The position numbers were made by a program, and so were the translations under genes. From contig CBDBHR010000030.1 in assembly GCA_965205865.1 (NCBI GenBank), positions 544,001 to 608,000 of the forward strand: 64,000 bases of DNA, written 5' to 3'. Positions 39,796 through 49,985 of the stretch are shown one piece after another (position 1 is the first letter of the stretch; each line of letters opens with the position of its first letter). The DNA is from a bacterium (GTDB lineage Bacteria; SAR324; NAC60-12). The notes beneath the pieces are model-generated. The model was not told the DNA's origin. It saw nothing but the letters and a program-made list of their open reading frames with translations, and did no database searches.

Positions 39796-41097
39796 CTATA
39801 ACAAGATGACGTTGTCTTTTTTTCCAGTTACGTGGCGGGTTCCGTTGCGCGTGTCGAAGATGACCGGCGCATACTCAACGAGCATGTCGTAGTCGAAGGT
39901 GGAATGGGCGGTGAGAATGAGGCAGGCGTCACATGCAGTCAATAATGCGGGAGTCAGCCGCCTGGCAGTATACTGCATATCCCCCACTGTCAGCCTTGCA
40001 GTGAATGGGTCCACGTAGAGGAGTTCCGCTTCTTCTTTTTGTAATAATTCCATGACCTTGGTTGCCGGAGATTCGCGTGGGTCACTGACGTCGGCCTTAT
40101 AGGTCACTCCCATGACGAGAACCGTTGCTCCATTCAAACATTTTCCACGTCGATTGAGCAGGCGTTGCAGTTTGCTGACGACAAAATACGGCATTCCGTC
40201 ATTGATTTCTCCCGCCAACTCGATAAACCGCGTGCGCAGATCGTATTCTTTCGCTTTCCAGGATAAATAATATGGATCGAGAGGAATACAGTGTCCTCCC
40301 ACCCCTGGTCCGGGGTAAAAAGGCATGAATCCGAAATTTTTGGTAGCGGCCGCTTGAATCACTTCATACACGTCGACGTCCATGCGGTCGCAAAGTAAAG
40401 CGAGTTCATTGACGAGCGCGATATTGACCGATCGAAAGACGTTTTCGAACACCTTGGTCATTTCCGCGACTCGAGTAGAGGAGACGGGAAAGATATTGCT
40501 GATGGATTGTTCATAAAAGATGCCTGCCAATTCGCAACAAGCTGGAGTCATGCCGCCCACGAGCTTGAAGGTGTTATGGGTCTTGAACGAGGGGTTGCCA
40601 GGGTCGACGCGTTCAGGTGAAAAGGCAACATGGAGATCTTGTCCCACTCGAAGCCCGCTTTTGGTCAATTCAGGCGCAATGATTTCTTCGGTCGTACCCG
40701 GATAAGAGGTGCTTTCCAGGACGACCAGCATGTTGGCATGGGAGTAGCGAGCGATGGTTTTGGTGACTTTGACAATGGCGCTGATGTCAGGTTCCTTATT
40801 GGCGGTCAGGGGTGTCGGCACGCAGATCAAGACGACGTCGCATTCGCTCAAGCAGGCAAAGTCCGTCGTGGCCGACAGGCGTCCTGCCCTTACCGTTTCG
40901 CGTAATTCGTCCGCATCGACGTCCGCCAGATAATTCACTGCCGCGTTGACTTTCTCGACTTTGTCCTCGTTCTCTTCGATTCCCCAGACTCGAAATCCTG
41001 TTTTGGCTTGCAAGACGGCCAGTGGTAATCCCACGTAACCCAAGCCAATGACTGCAATGACAGAAGACCGCGTTTCTATTTTTTCTCTCAGACTCAT
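39796..41097 (-). CDS. Nucleotide-sugar 6-dehydrogenase (WbpA/WecC-like)
   Basis: GLGYVG, CVPTP, LESTSYPGTT, FSPER, GPGVGGHCIP and YKADVSDPRESP. Confidence 0.93.
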   Translation of the reverse strand: MSLREKIETRSSVIAVIGLGYVGLPLAVLQAKTGFRVWGIEENEDKVEKVNAAVNYLADVDADELRETVRAGRLSATTDFACLSECDVVLICVPTPLTANKEPDISAIVKVTKTIARYSHANMLVVLESTSYPGTTEEIIAPELTKSGLRVGQDLHVAFSPERVDPGNPSFKTHNTFKLVGGMTPACCELAGIFYEQSISNIFPVSSTRVAEMTKVFENVFRSVNIALVNELALLCDRMDVDVYEVIQAAATKNFGFMPFYPGPGVGGHCIPLDPYYLSWKAKEYDLRTRFIELAGEINDGMPYFVVSKLQRLLNRRGKCLNGATVLVMGVTYKADVSDPRESPATKVMELLQKEEAELLYVDPFTARLTVGDMQYTARRLTPALLTACDACLILTAHSTFDYDMLVEYAPVIFDTRNGTRHVTGKKDNVILL

Positions 41098-41394
41098 ACT
41101 TCTTTCTTTTAGATCTCCCACAGGTGAGTTCTGATTGGGCGCGAGCTTGTCTGTAACTACTTTATCCGGGTTGCAAACTCAACGTCTTTTCTTTTGGAAA
41201 GCCGTCTCTCTGCTCAAACAGATCGAATGTCATTTCTCAAACGCCCTTGCGATTTTATATGCAAGATGACGTATAACGTTGAAATCAAATTCACATACGA
41301 TTGGATCACCGCTGGCGTCTCCGGGGTCAGCTGAATTCCCACTTCAAGTGAACCCCCGGACCAAGGAATGGCGCGTATGGACAATGGAAAAACA

Positions 41395-42370
41395 ATGACC
41401 CCCAGTTATCTCGTTACGGGAGCCGCCGGGTTCATTGGCAGTCGGGTGGCGGAGTTGTTGCTGGATGGTGGCGCGGAAGTTACCGGCGTCGACAATCTGA
41501 ATCACACCTACGACGTCCGGCTTAAAGAGTGGCGGCTCGCCCAACTCGATACCCGGGAGGGGTTCAGCTTCCGCAGAGTGGACATCTTCGACCCAAGAGC
41601 AGTCGACGGTCTCTTCGCGAAGGGCTTCGACGCCGTGGTCAACCTGGCGGCTCGGGCCGGGGTGAGAGCATCGGTGGAAGACCCGCAGGCGTATATCGAC
41701 TGCAACGTCAGCGGTACGCTGAACCTGCTGCGGGCATGCAAGGCGTATGACGTGCCCAAATTGGTACAGGCGTCGTCTTCCAGCGTCTACGGTTCGAGAA
41801 GCACGCCGCCGTATCGCGAAGACGCCGTTACCGACTGGCCACTCTCTCCATACGCGGCGTCGAAGAAGGCCTGCGAAGTCCTCTGCTACCCGTACCACCA
41901 TCTGAACGGCACCGACGTCACTGCCTGCAGGTTTTTCACGGTTTACGGCCCTGCCGGACGCCCCGACATGGTGCTCTTCCGAGTGGTGCAATGGATCGCC
42001 GAGGGACGCCCCGTCCTTGTCTACGGGGACGGGCGGCAAGAGCGGAACTTCAGCTACGTGGACGATGTGGCGCGAGGCGTGGTTGCGGGATTGAGGCGAG
42101 TGGGTTTCGAAATAGTGAATCTGGGCTCCGACCGGTCGGTGAAGTTGATTGACGCCATCTCGCTGGCCGAGAAGCTGCTGGGCAGGAAGGCGAAGATCGA
42201 GTATCTGCCCGGCAATCCGGCAGACGTGTCGCTCCAATCCGGCAGACGTCACGAAAGCAAAAAACCTGCTCGACTGGGAACCGCAAGTGGACCTGGAAGA
42301 GGGGCTCAGCAAAACAGTGGCCTGGTACCTGGAAAACCGCCAATGGGCCAAGGACTTGGTCACGCTGTAG
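41395..42370 (+). pseudogene. NAD-dependent epimerase (UDP-glucuronate 4-epimerase-like), frameshift near 42225-42250
   Basis: TGAAGFIG, LAARAGVR, YAASK and RFFTVYGPAGRPDM; conserved ADVTKAKNLLDWEP tail is in another frame after a duplicated CAATCCGGCAGACGT. Confidence 0.8.
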
Positions 42371-42525
42371 GGACAAATTGTGGTATGATACATAACATGT
42401 ATTATAAAATTGGACGTCAATATCATGCAAACTGAATAGGATACGAACATTTAATCTGTCCCTTTTTTTCAGCTGATTTGATTTCTAAACCAGAAAATCG
42501 AACATTTATGTAAGATTGTAGTAAT

Positions 42526-42759
42526 ATGAATGGCGCGGAATTGATAAGACGAATCAGGAAGCTGGGAAAAGAAACCGATACAACAGTACGATTCGAGTCG
42601 AGGCATGGAAAAGGCAGCCATGGTCGACTTTATTATGGCCCAAATTTTACGACAGTCAAAGATCGGAAAAAAGAAATAAGAGCTGGTTTACTGCATGCGA
42701 TGCTTGACCAACTTGGACTCACACTTGATGACATTACACGAAATCAGAGGTCTTTATGA
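42526..42759 (+). CDS. hicA: HicA-family toxin
   Basis: 77 aa, GKGSH motif, EIRAGLLHAMLDQLGL; 4-nt overlap with the downstream antitoxin. Confidence 0.85.
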   Translation: MNGAELIRRIRKLGKETDTTVRFESRHGKGSHGRLYYGPNFTTVKDRKKEIRAGLLHAMLDQLGLTLDDITRNQRSL

Positions 42760-43187
42760 AGCTCGAATATTCACTTAACCTCACCCCACAAGAGGATGGC
42801 AGTTATCTGGTTTCTTTTCCTGATATTCCCGAAGCGCTTACGGATGGGAAAACAAGAGAAGACGCCTTATCAGCCGCATCAGATTGTCTCATCGCGGCTC
42901 TGGGGGGGTATATCAGTGAACGGCGTGATATCCCCAAGCCATCTTTTCCAGGGACCGGTCAAGCAACAATCATTGTTCCCCCATTGATCTCCGCGAAATT
43001 AGCACTTTATCAAGCGATGCGTGAATCCAATACTACACTCGTCACCTTGGGAAAAAGACTTGATTTGAGTGAAAGCGCCGTACGCCGTTTACTTGATCTT
43101 GACCATCGATCACATATCGGACAAGTCGATGCGGCTCTTTCCGCTTTGGGCAAACGATTGACTGTTGAAGTTCAAGACGCTGCTTAA
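42756..43187 (+). CDS. hicB: HicB-family antitoxin with C-terminal HTH
   Basis: YLVSFPDIPEALTDG, AKLALYQAM and RRLLDLDHRS. Confidence 0.9.
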   Translation: MKLEYSLNLTPQEDGSYLVSFPDIPEALTDGKTREDALSAASDCLIAALGGYISERRDIPKPSFPGTGQATIIVPPLISAKLALYQAMRESNTTLVTLGKRLDLSESAVRRLLDLDHRSHIGQVDAALSALGKRLTVEVQDAA

Positions 43188-43241
43188 CAGCCAGTACTTT
43201 GTCAACGTTATAGTGTCGAGTCTAAAGGGTTGAAAATCAGT

Positions 43242-43358
43242 AAAGCAAAAAGATTGCTCGATTGGGAACCGCGAGTGGATTTGCAAGAGGGGCTCATCAA
43301 AACGGTGGCCTGGTACCTGGAAAACCGCGCATGGGCCAAGGACCTGGTCACGCTTTAA
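43242..43358 (+). pseudogene. Second, diverged copy of the epimerase 3' end
   Basis: Aligns ungapped with 42254-42370 (about 102 of 117 nt). Confidence 0.85.
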
Positions 43359-43447
43359 AAAACATATAGTTGACTTCACATTGGAATTCAATGTAGTACA
43401 TTGTAAAATTGTTTTTATAGACGAGAAAAATGCAGCGATAATAACAA

Positions 43448-43521
43448 CGTCTTTTCCACGAAAACAGAAATCCGGGGATTTAAGCTCCTTCCCTCCGGAT
43501 CCCCGCGTTCGCGAGGATGAC
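43448..43521. repeat. GTCATTCCCGCG...GGAATGAC-type palindromic repeat, degenerate
   Basis: GTCTTTTCCACGAAAACAGAAATCC...GGATCCCCGCGTTCGCGAGGATGAC; better conserved copy at 49441-49508. Confidence 0.55.
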
Positions 43522-43587
43522 AATTGACAAATCTCGTAACTAAGATAACTGCGTAGTATTTTAAAACCATAAACGCGGAGAAAAGAC

Positions 43588-43837
43588 ATGGCGATAAATA
43601 CTGAATTATTGAAGCGTATCACCGTGCGTTCAGACGTCTTCGGTGGCAAACCCATTATTCGTGATATGCGCATGTCCGTGCAGCACATCCTGGGAATGCT
43701 TGCTGCAGGTGAAACCGCAGAAATGATCTTGGAGGAATACTCATTTTCTAGAGCCTGAAGATATCCAGGCATGCCTTATATACGCCCACCGTTCACTGGC
43801 TGGTGAACATGTACATGAGTTGGGTGCAGTACGCTGA
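43588..43837 (+). pseudogene. DUF433 antitoxin, frameshifted
   Basis: RITVRSDVFGGKPIIRDMRMSVQHILGMLAAG...ILEEY, continuing as LEPEDIQACLIYA in a shifted frame. Confidence 0.85.
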
Positions 43838-43842
43838 ACTCT

Positions 43843-45293
43843 ATGAAATTTTTTCTCGACGTCTGCGCATCGTCTCGCAGTTTACGAGCAATGTTAACGG
43901 CTCTATTTGCGTTTAGTATTGGTCACCCCAAAGCACAGTTGAGATAGGCCACCGGTGGGATTGAATTTCCCTGTTTTTCAAGGCATCGCCTCCATCCCAA
44001 GTAATTGGGGAGGTATTTTGTTGCAACCCCATTGAATCGGTGCATCCAGCCTTTTAATCGGCTGTCATATGCGTTGACATTTTGAATGTGATAGACCTTG
44101 TCCATGACCCTGCTCTCATTGGAGGCGATCAGCCGGACATGCGCGACTTTCTCAGTGTTCGCGAATGCCCGATAAGATTTGTTTCCCTCCGTGCAAAGGA
44201 CCGCATCCTGTGCCAAGACAGGCTTGAGCACTTTGGTGATCGAGACTTCGCTGAGGTCTTTCAGCACTTCGTCCGTCATCTCTCCGTGGCGATCCCTTGC
44301 GATCAGAACCGGGATTTGCTCTGCCTACAACCCCCGCTTCGTGGCCTTGCCGCCCCTTTTGCGAGCTCTGCGCTCCAGGTTCCGCGAACCTTTGAACGAC
44401 TCCAGGAAGAAGGTCTCGTCGGCCTCGACTATCCCCTTGAGGCTACTGTCCTTCTTGTCCCTCAACCCACGCAGGAATCGGTGACGCCACCGGAAACTGG
44501 TAGTGGTGTCGATCCCGCATTTTCTGGCCGCTTTGCGGATACTCAAGCCGTCAACCATCGCCTTGGAATACTCCAGCCACTTCTCCTTTTTCCGCAGGTG
44601 CGCCAAGGGAGTTCCAGTGGCTGCGTTGAAGGTCTTCCGGCAGCTTTTACAACGGTAGCGTTGCATCCCGTGTGATCTTCCCCACCTTTGAAATTGATTA
44701 TGCTTGCAATGGGGACAGTGCTCGTCCCCGCTGAAGCGCTTCTCGAGTGTCTCTACCACTGCCTCGCCTTCATCCTTGATTCGCAAAACATGGGACAGCT
44801 TCCTTTTTTGTGCCGGACTCAACTCCTCAAGACGTGAAAGATATTCTTTGAATTCAGTATGATCCATCTCCTTCTCCTATAAAAATTTAGCGGTTAAAGG
44901 AAACAGTATGACAGATGTAAAAAAACTATCAATATTAATCGCAAACAGAGCCATGTTAACCGACTTGGGTTACGACGTCATCTCGGGCTTGGAAATAGAT
45001 CCCCGAGCCTCTGATGAAGTGTTGCTTGGACTTGCAAACCAAGAAGAACGCGTGCTCATCACTGAAGTCAAAGACTTCGGTGAACTGGTCTATTTACGTC
45101 ACTAACCACATCCGTGCATCATTCGATTTGTCGATATGCGGGTTGATAGAGAAAACAGCCGCCATGAAAAAGCTGATTGAATGTCATTCGGATGCGATGA
45201 AAAAGGGCTCTATCATAGTAAGTGACACAGCGACGGGTAAGAATACGTCCCGGACGGCTAGCGTGTGAGGTGAAGATATGTTTGTTTTCCTGA
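43843..45293 (+). pseudogene. DUF5615 PIN-like toxin interrupted by an IS
   Basis: MKFFLDVCAS...AMLT before the IS continues as DLGYDV...ASDEVLL...ERVLITEVKDFGELVY after it; further stop and frameshift downstream. End approximate. Confidence 0.8.
43899..44952 (-). mobile_element. IS1595-family insertion sequence; transposase (44867-43923) has an in-frame TAG
   Basis: Terminal inverted repeats GGCTCTATTTGCGTTTAGTATTG / CAATATTAATCGCAAACAGAGCC; 8-bp target duplication ATGTTAAC; CPHC/CKSC Zn ribbon, VEADET and HIQNVN motifs. Confidence 0.93.
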
Positions 45294-45339
45294 TCGACCA
45301 AGCCCAACCTGCGCTCATCACAGGACGCAGGTACTGATA

Positions 45340-45855
45340 ATGAAACCACGTCCTTTTTCCAACATCATTTTGATCGGGATGCCCGGGGCCGGGAAAAGTA
45401 CGATCGGGGTGATTCTTGCCAAACAAAGCGCGAGGGATTATGTGGACACGGACGTTTTGATTCAACTTGCGGAAAAGAAGTCGCTCCAGCAGATCCTGGA
45501 CGAAGCGGGATACATGGAGTTACGCCGGATTGAAGAGCGGGTTTTGCTGGAATTCGATTGCCGGAATCATATCATTGCCACGGGAGGGAGCGCGGTCTAT
45601 AGCGACGCGGCCATGCAACATCTGAAAGCAAACGGGATTGCAGTCTTTTTGCAGGTCGAACTGGAAGAATTGAAAAAACGCTTGATCGATATGGACACGC
45701 GAGGGATCGCTCAAAGACCGGGTCAGAGTTTTGCGGAGCTCTATCAAGAGCGACAACGTTTGTACCGGCGATATGCGGATCTCACCATTGATTGTACTCA
45801 CAAGGGACAGGAGCAAATTTCAATGGCGATCTGCGAGCAACTCAATCCACGTTGA
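45340..45855 (+). CDS. aroK: Shikimate kinase
   Basis: GMPGAGKSTIG, DTD, IATGGS and ERQRLYRRYAD. Confidence 0.9.
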   Translation: MKPRPFSNIILIGMPGAGKSTIGVILAKQSARDYVDTDVLIQLAEKKSLQQILDEAGYMELRRIEERVLLEFDCRNHIIATGGSAVYSDAAMQHLKANGIAVFLQVELEELKKRLIDMDTRGIAQRPGQSFAELYQERQRLYRRYADLTIDCTHKGQEQISMAICEQLNPR

Positions 45856-45861
45856 AAAACG

Positions 45862-47379
45862 CTACGCGCTACAAAGCGCCTGAACCAGACCCTCGATGTT
45901 TTGTTGCTCGGGAACGAGGGTAACCTCGAGTTGATACCGGCGGGCGGTTTGCGCAGTGATCTCACCAATACATGCAATGCGGGGAGTATGCTTTTTCAGA
46001 GCGATTCTCCCTGCCTCGGGGAGCAACTCGAAGAAATTCCTGACGGTGGAGGAACTGGTAAAAGTGATCCAGTCCAGTTCCCCGTTCTGCAGTAATCCGA
46101 CAAGCGGGTCCATGTCCACCACGGGGAGAACATTGCGGTAGACCGGGGTCGCATGGACGATGCCGCCCCATCGGGTCAGCGTTTGCTCCAGGATACCTCG
46201 TGACTCTTCTGCTCGTGGTAGCCAGACCTGTTGTCCCTGCCAGCAGAAAGGCCGCAGCGCGTCGATCAATCCCTCACTCTGAAAATGACGGGGAACCACG
46301 TCTGCGGTGAGAAAAAACTCTTCCAGATACCTGGCGCTGGAACCCCCCACGCAAGCAATCCGGCACGAGCCGAACACCCTGCCATCCATTCCCAACTCCC
46401 GCAAGCGTTCCATACTCCTTTCAATCCCGTTGATACTGCTGAAGACAACCCAATTCATTTCGCTCGAATTACCGGCAATGCGGTCGAATGCCTGCCAGGA
46501 TCGAGGAGCTTCCATCGAAATCGTGGGACAGGTCGTCACTCGAGCTCCTGCCGCGACCAGCTTTTCGGAGAGAGAAAAAGTCCCCGTTTCAGCCCGCGTG
46601 ACGAGGACGCGTTGGCCAAAAAGCGGTTGTTTTTCAAACCAATTGAAGCGCTCGTAAAACTGGCAGACCTCACCAATGACAGTCAGCAGCGGAGCCGTGA
46701 ATTGTCGATCGTTGACTTTTTGGACAATCGTTTCCAGAGTTCCCTGCACCGAACGTTGATGCGGCCAGGTTCCCCATTGGATTGCCGTGACCCGGGTGCG
46801 GGGATCGCGTCCCGCGGCAATCAGGCGTTCCATGACGTTCCTTAAAACCGTCAATCCCATCATGACGACGATGGTGCCGATCCGGGCGATCGCCTCCCAG
46901 GGAATCATGGTTTGCGGCTTGTCCGGATGTTCGGTGCCCGTTAAAAAAACGACGTTGGAACTGATGTCCCGGTGAGTGAGAGGAATGCCCGCATAGGCCG
47001 GTACGGCGACTGCTGAAGAAACGCCCGGTATCACTTCAAAGGGCAGATTGGCTTCAACGACTGAGGCCAATTCTTCTCCGCCTCTGCCAAATATGAAAGG
47101 ATCCCCTCCCTTCAGACGGACGACAATTTTATTTTCCAGGGCTTTTTGAACAATCAGTTCGTTGATATGCTGCTGAGAGATCGTGCGTTGGCCATGCCGT
47201 TTGCCTGCATCGATCAACTCCGCGCGAGGGGCATGTCGCAGGAGGAGGGGATTTGCGAGGAAATCGTAGATCACCACGTCCGCCTGCTGCAGAACTTCCC
47301 GCGCCTTGAGAGTGAGCAGACCGGGGTCGCCGGGACCGGCTCCAACCAAATATACTTTACTTCTGGAATGGGACATCAT
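45862..47379 (-). CDS. cobA-hemD: Fused uroporphyrinogen-III C-methyltransferase / uroporphyrinogen-III synthase
   Basis: VGAGPGDPGLLT, RLKGGDPFIFGRGGEE, then VLVTR, FTSSSTV and CIGEITA. Confidence 0.93.
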   Translation of the reverse strand: MMSHSRSKVYLVGAGPGDPGLLTLKAREVLQQADVVIYDFLANPLLLRHAPRAELIDAGKRHGQRTISQQHINELIVQKALENKIVVRLKGGDPFIFGRGGEELASVVEANLPFEVIPGVSSAVAVPAYAGIPLTHRDISSNVVFLTGTEHPDKPQTMIPWEAIARIGTIVVMMGLTVLRNVMERLIAAGRDPRTRVTAIQWGTWPHQRSVQGTLETIVQKVNDRQFTAPLLTVIGEVCQFYERFNWFEKQPLFGQRVLVTRAETGTFSLSEKLVAAGARVTTCPTISMEAPRSWQAFDRIAGNSSEMNWVVFSSINGIERSMERLRELGMDGRVFGSCRIACVGGSSARYLEEFFLTADVVPRHFQSEGLIDALRPFCWQGQQVWLPRAEESRGILEQTLTRWGGIVHATPVYRNVLPVVDMDPLVGLLQNGELDWITFTSSSTVRNFFELLPEAGRIALKKHTPRIACIGEITAQTARRYQLEVTLVPEQQNIEGLVQALCSA

Positions 47380-47466
47380 TAATACAAGTGAGATTGTGAG
47401 AGCGTTCGGCTATCAACGCTTTGATGATGAATAGTTGTCGTAAAAAATTAAAAACCCCCTCCCCTA

Positions 47467-48645
47467 GTGTGTCGCTCTTTTATTAATGTGTAAAAAAATC
47501 CTTGGTTTGCTATACTACGAGCTGTCCTTTTTTTTGCATATATGGAGACAGCATGAGAAAAGCACCAAGTATAAAACTGACCCGGGAAGAACGGGATGAA
47601 TTGGGCAAAACCGCACGCCGTCATACCGGAGCGATGCGAGACACTCGTCGTGCGCGCATCATCCTGTTGGCTGCTGATGGCCTTAAGAATCAAGAAATTG
47701 CCAAAACGCTTGGAACCAGCGGTAATGCCGTTGGAAAGTGGCGACGGCGCTTTGTTGAAAAAGGAATAACAGGTCTCAATGATGATCCGCGGCCTGGCAG
47801 GACACGCATTTATGGAGCGGATAAAATCGAGGAGATTGTGAAGAAAACCATTGAAGAGAAGCCTGAGGACCGTACCCATTGGAGCACGCGATCGATGGCC
47901 AAGGCAGTTGGCGTAGGCAAGACAACCGTCGGTAAAGTATGGAAGGCCCATCGCCTCAAGCCTCATCTGGAAAAAACATTTAAGTTGTCGCATGATAAGC
48001 ATTTCACTGCGAAACTGAAAGATGTCATCGGTTTGTACATGAATCCTCCTGAGAAAGCGCTGGTCTTGAGCGTCGATGAGAAATCACAAATCCAGGCACT
48101 CGATCGCACCCAGCCAGGTCTGCCACTGAAACCAGGGCGCAATGGCACCAGAACTCATGATTATATCCGTCATGGCACCTGCTGTCTGTTTACTGCTTTG
48201 AATACGCAGACAGGGGAAGTGCTCGCTCGCTGTGAAAAACGGCACCGACACCAAGAGTATCTGCGCTTCCTGCGTCTTATTGACAAGACTACCTCGAAGC
48301 AACTGCAGGTACACTTGATCCTGGACAATTACGCCACCCACAAACATCTTAAGGTGAAAGAATGGCTCAAAAAACACCCGCGATTTCACCCGCATTTCAT
48401 TCCTACTTCCTCCTCATGGCTGAACATGGTGGAACGCTTTTTTGGCAAGATCACTGCAGAACGGATTCGACGAGGCGCCTTCAAAAGCGTGCTCGAGTTG
48501 ACCGAAGCCATCCATAGTTACATCGAGACACACAATCGCAACCCAAAACCCTATGTCTGGACTAAAACTGCCGAAGAAATTATCAACAAACTCAAACCTG
48601 TCTACCAAATGACCAATAATACAATGTATTAAACAGGCAATACAC
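47467..48645 (+). mobile_element. IS630-family insertion sequence with apparently intact transposase (47553-48632)
   Basis: VDEKSQIQAL, HLILDNYATH and SSWLNMVERFF DDE motifs; ends GTGTGTCGC / GCAATACAC; flanking TA duplication. Confidence 0.93.
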
Positions 48646-48648
48646 TAG

Positions 48649-49113
48649 CCCCTCCCTCGAGGGGAGGGGGATTCTTTTGACAAAATTTCCCGTCGCTGAC
48701 CTCTCCCTCGAGGGGAGGGGGATTCTTTTGACAAAATTTCCCGCCGCTAAGCTCTCCCTCGAGGGGCGGGGATTCATTTGAAATCGTTTACACTCATACA
48801 CCTTCCACAAATTACCCCTCCCCTAGCCCCTCCCTCGAGGGGAGGGGGATTCTTTTGAAATCGTTTGCACTCACGCACCTTCCACAAATTACCCCTCCCC
48901 TAGCCCCTCCCTCGAGGGGAGGGGGATTCTTTTGACAAAATTTCCCGCCGCTGACTTCTCCCTCAAGGGGAGGGGGATTCTTTTGACAAAATTTCCGCCG
49001 CTGACCCCTCCCTCGAGGGGAGGGGGATTCTTTTGACAAAATTTCCGCCGCTGACCCCTCCCTCGAGGGGAGGGGGATTCTTTTGAAATCGTTTACGCTC
49101 ATACACCTTCCAC
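48649..49113. repeat. Tandem array of eight palindromic elements with two recurring linkers
   Basis: Core CCCCTCCCTCGAGGGGAGGGGGATTCTTTTGA x8; linkers CAAAATTTCCCGCCGCTGA or AATCGTTTACACTCATACACCTTCCACAAATTACCCCTCCCCTAG. Confidence 0.92.
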
Positions 49114-49314
49114 GACCTGCCGGTACGCCCGCCGGATTCCCAGGAGTAGCAATGCGTCTTGGCTGAGTCCATAGTGCCGGGCCAGCAATGCGTGGACGGT
49201 TTTGAAATCCTGCTCATGCGCTTTCTTTTGCTCAAAAATCACTTGCAGGTCATCAACGATATGTTGGTAACGTATTTTCCGAGGGGGAACGTTGGTGGTC
49301 AGTTTGCGCTTCAT
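49099..49314 (-). CDS. Small hypothetical protein
   Basis: 71-aa ORF with a plausible RBS (AGGGA); no recognised motif. Confidence 0.45.
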   Translation of the reverse strand: MKRKLTTNVPPRKIRYQHIVDDLQVIFEQKKAHEQDFKTVHALLARHYGLSQDALLLLGIRRAYRQVVEGV

Positions 49315-49440
49315 CGATATTCCCTGATCAATTCAGGCATGCAATCACGGATGCAGGAAAATAACCAGATTCACATGGCTCGACAAGACAATTTATACGA
49401 AATCTTGGGCACCTTTCATTTTCCAGTTTACAACTCCCCT

Positions 49441-49508
49441 GTCATCTTCGCGAAGGCGGGGATCCATCTTCGTGAATAATACTGGATTCCTGCCTGCGCA
49501 GGAATGAC
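49441..49508. repeat. GTCAT...ATGAC palindromic repeat
   Basis: GTCATCTTCGCGAAGGCGGGGATCCA...TGGATTCCTGCCTGCGCAGGAATGAC imperfect hairpin. Confidence 0.7.
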
Positions 49509-49689
49509 AACAAAGGCGGCAAACTGTAAACTACTTTTTTCTATTTTTGAAGGGTCCCAAATCTTCATTAAAATGTCGAGTTCAAGCAAAGGAGTTCAGT
49601 TGGCCGGGACGAAACCCCGCCCTACCATAACGTCGTTTCCGCGAACGCGAAATTCAGGGGCTTGGGTATGGGTATTTTCTTAAAAAAAC

Positions 49690-49719
49690 TTGCAAAGCCA
49701 TCCTCTTCGAGGTTAATAT
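49690..49719 (+). promoter_or_regulatory. Candidate sigma70 promoter for the tRNA cluster
   Basis: TTGCAA-N18-TAATAT preceded by an A-tract, about 60 nt upstream of the first tRNA. Confidence 0.4.
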
Positions 49720-49778
49720 TGCCTTTCGTCAACAACCCTTCTTAAAACAGGGGACGGGAAGGCCCTCCGGCAGATCAG

Positions 49779-49864
49779 GGAGGGGTGGGTGAGTGGTTGA
49801 AACCGGCGGTCTTGAAAACCGTTGAACGCGAGTTCCGGGGGTTCGAATCCCTCCCCCTCCGCCA
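49779..49864 (+). tRNA. tRNA-Ser(TGA)
   Basis: GGAGGGG/CCCCTCC acceptor stem, anticodon loop CTTGAAA, long variable arm, GTTCGAATC, CCA. Confidence 0.95.
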
Positions 49865-49887
49865 GGGTTCCGGATCTTCCCTGACTT

Positions 49888-49977
49888 GGAGAGATGACTG
49901 AGAGGCCGAAAGTGGCAGATTGCTAATCTGTTGTACTCGCAAGGGTACCGAGGGTTCGAATCCCTCTCTCTCCGCCA
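49888..49977 (+). tRNA. tRNA-Ser(GCT)
   Basis: GGAGAGA/TCTCTCC acceptor stem, loop TTGCTAA, long variable arm, CCA. Confidence 0.95.
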
Positions 49978-49985
49978 CCTCGCAC

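Noticed and set aside
44325-44327. Programmed stop-codon readthrough in the IS1595 transposase
   Set aside because: The stop is TAG, not the UGA used for selenocysteine, and there are no pyl genes; a nonsense change from TCG is simpler.
48649-49113. CRISPR array
   Set aside because: Linkers are two recurring sequences rather than unique spacers, lengths are irregular, the core is a dispersed repeat, and no cas genes are present.
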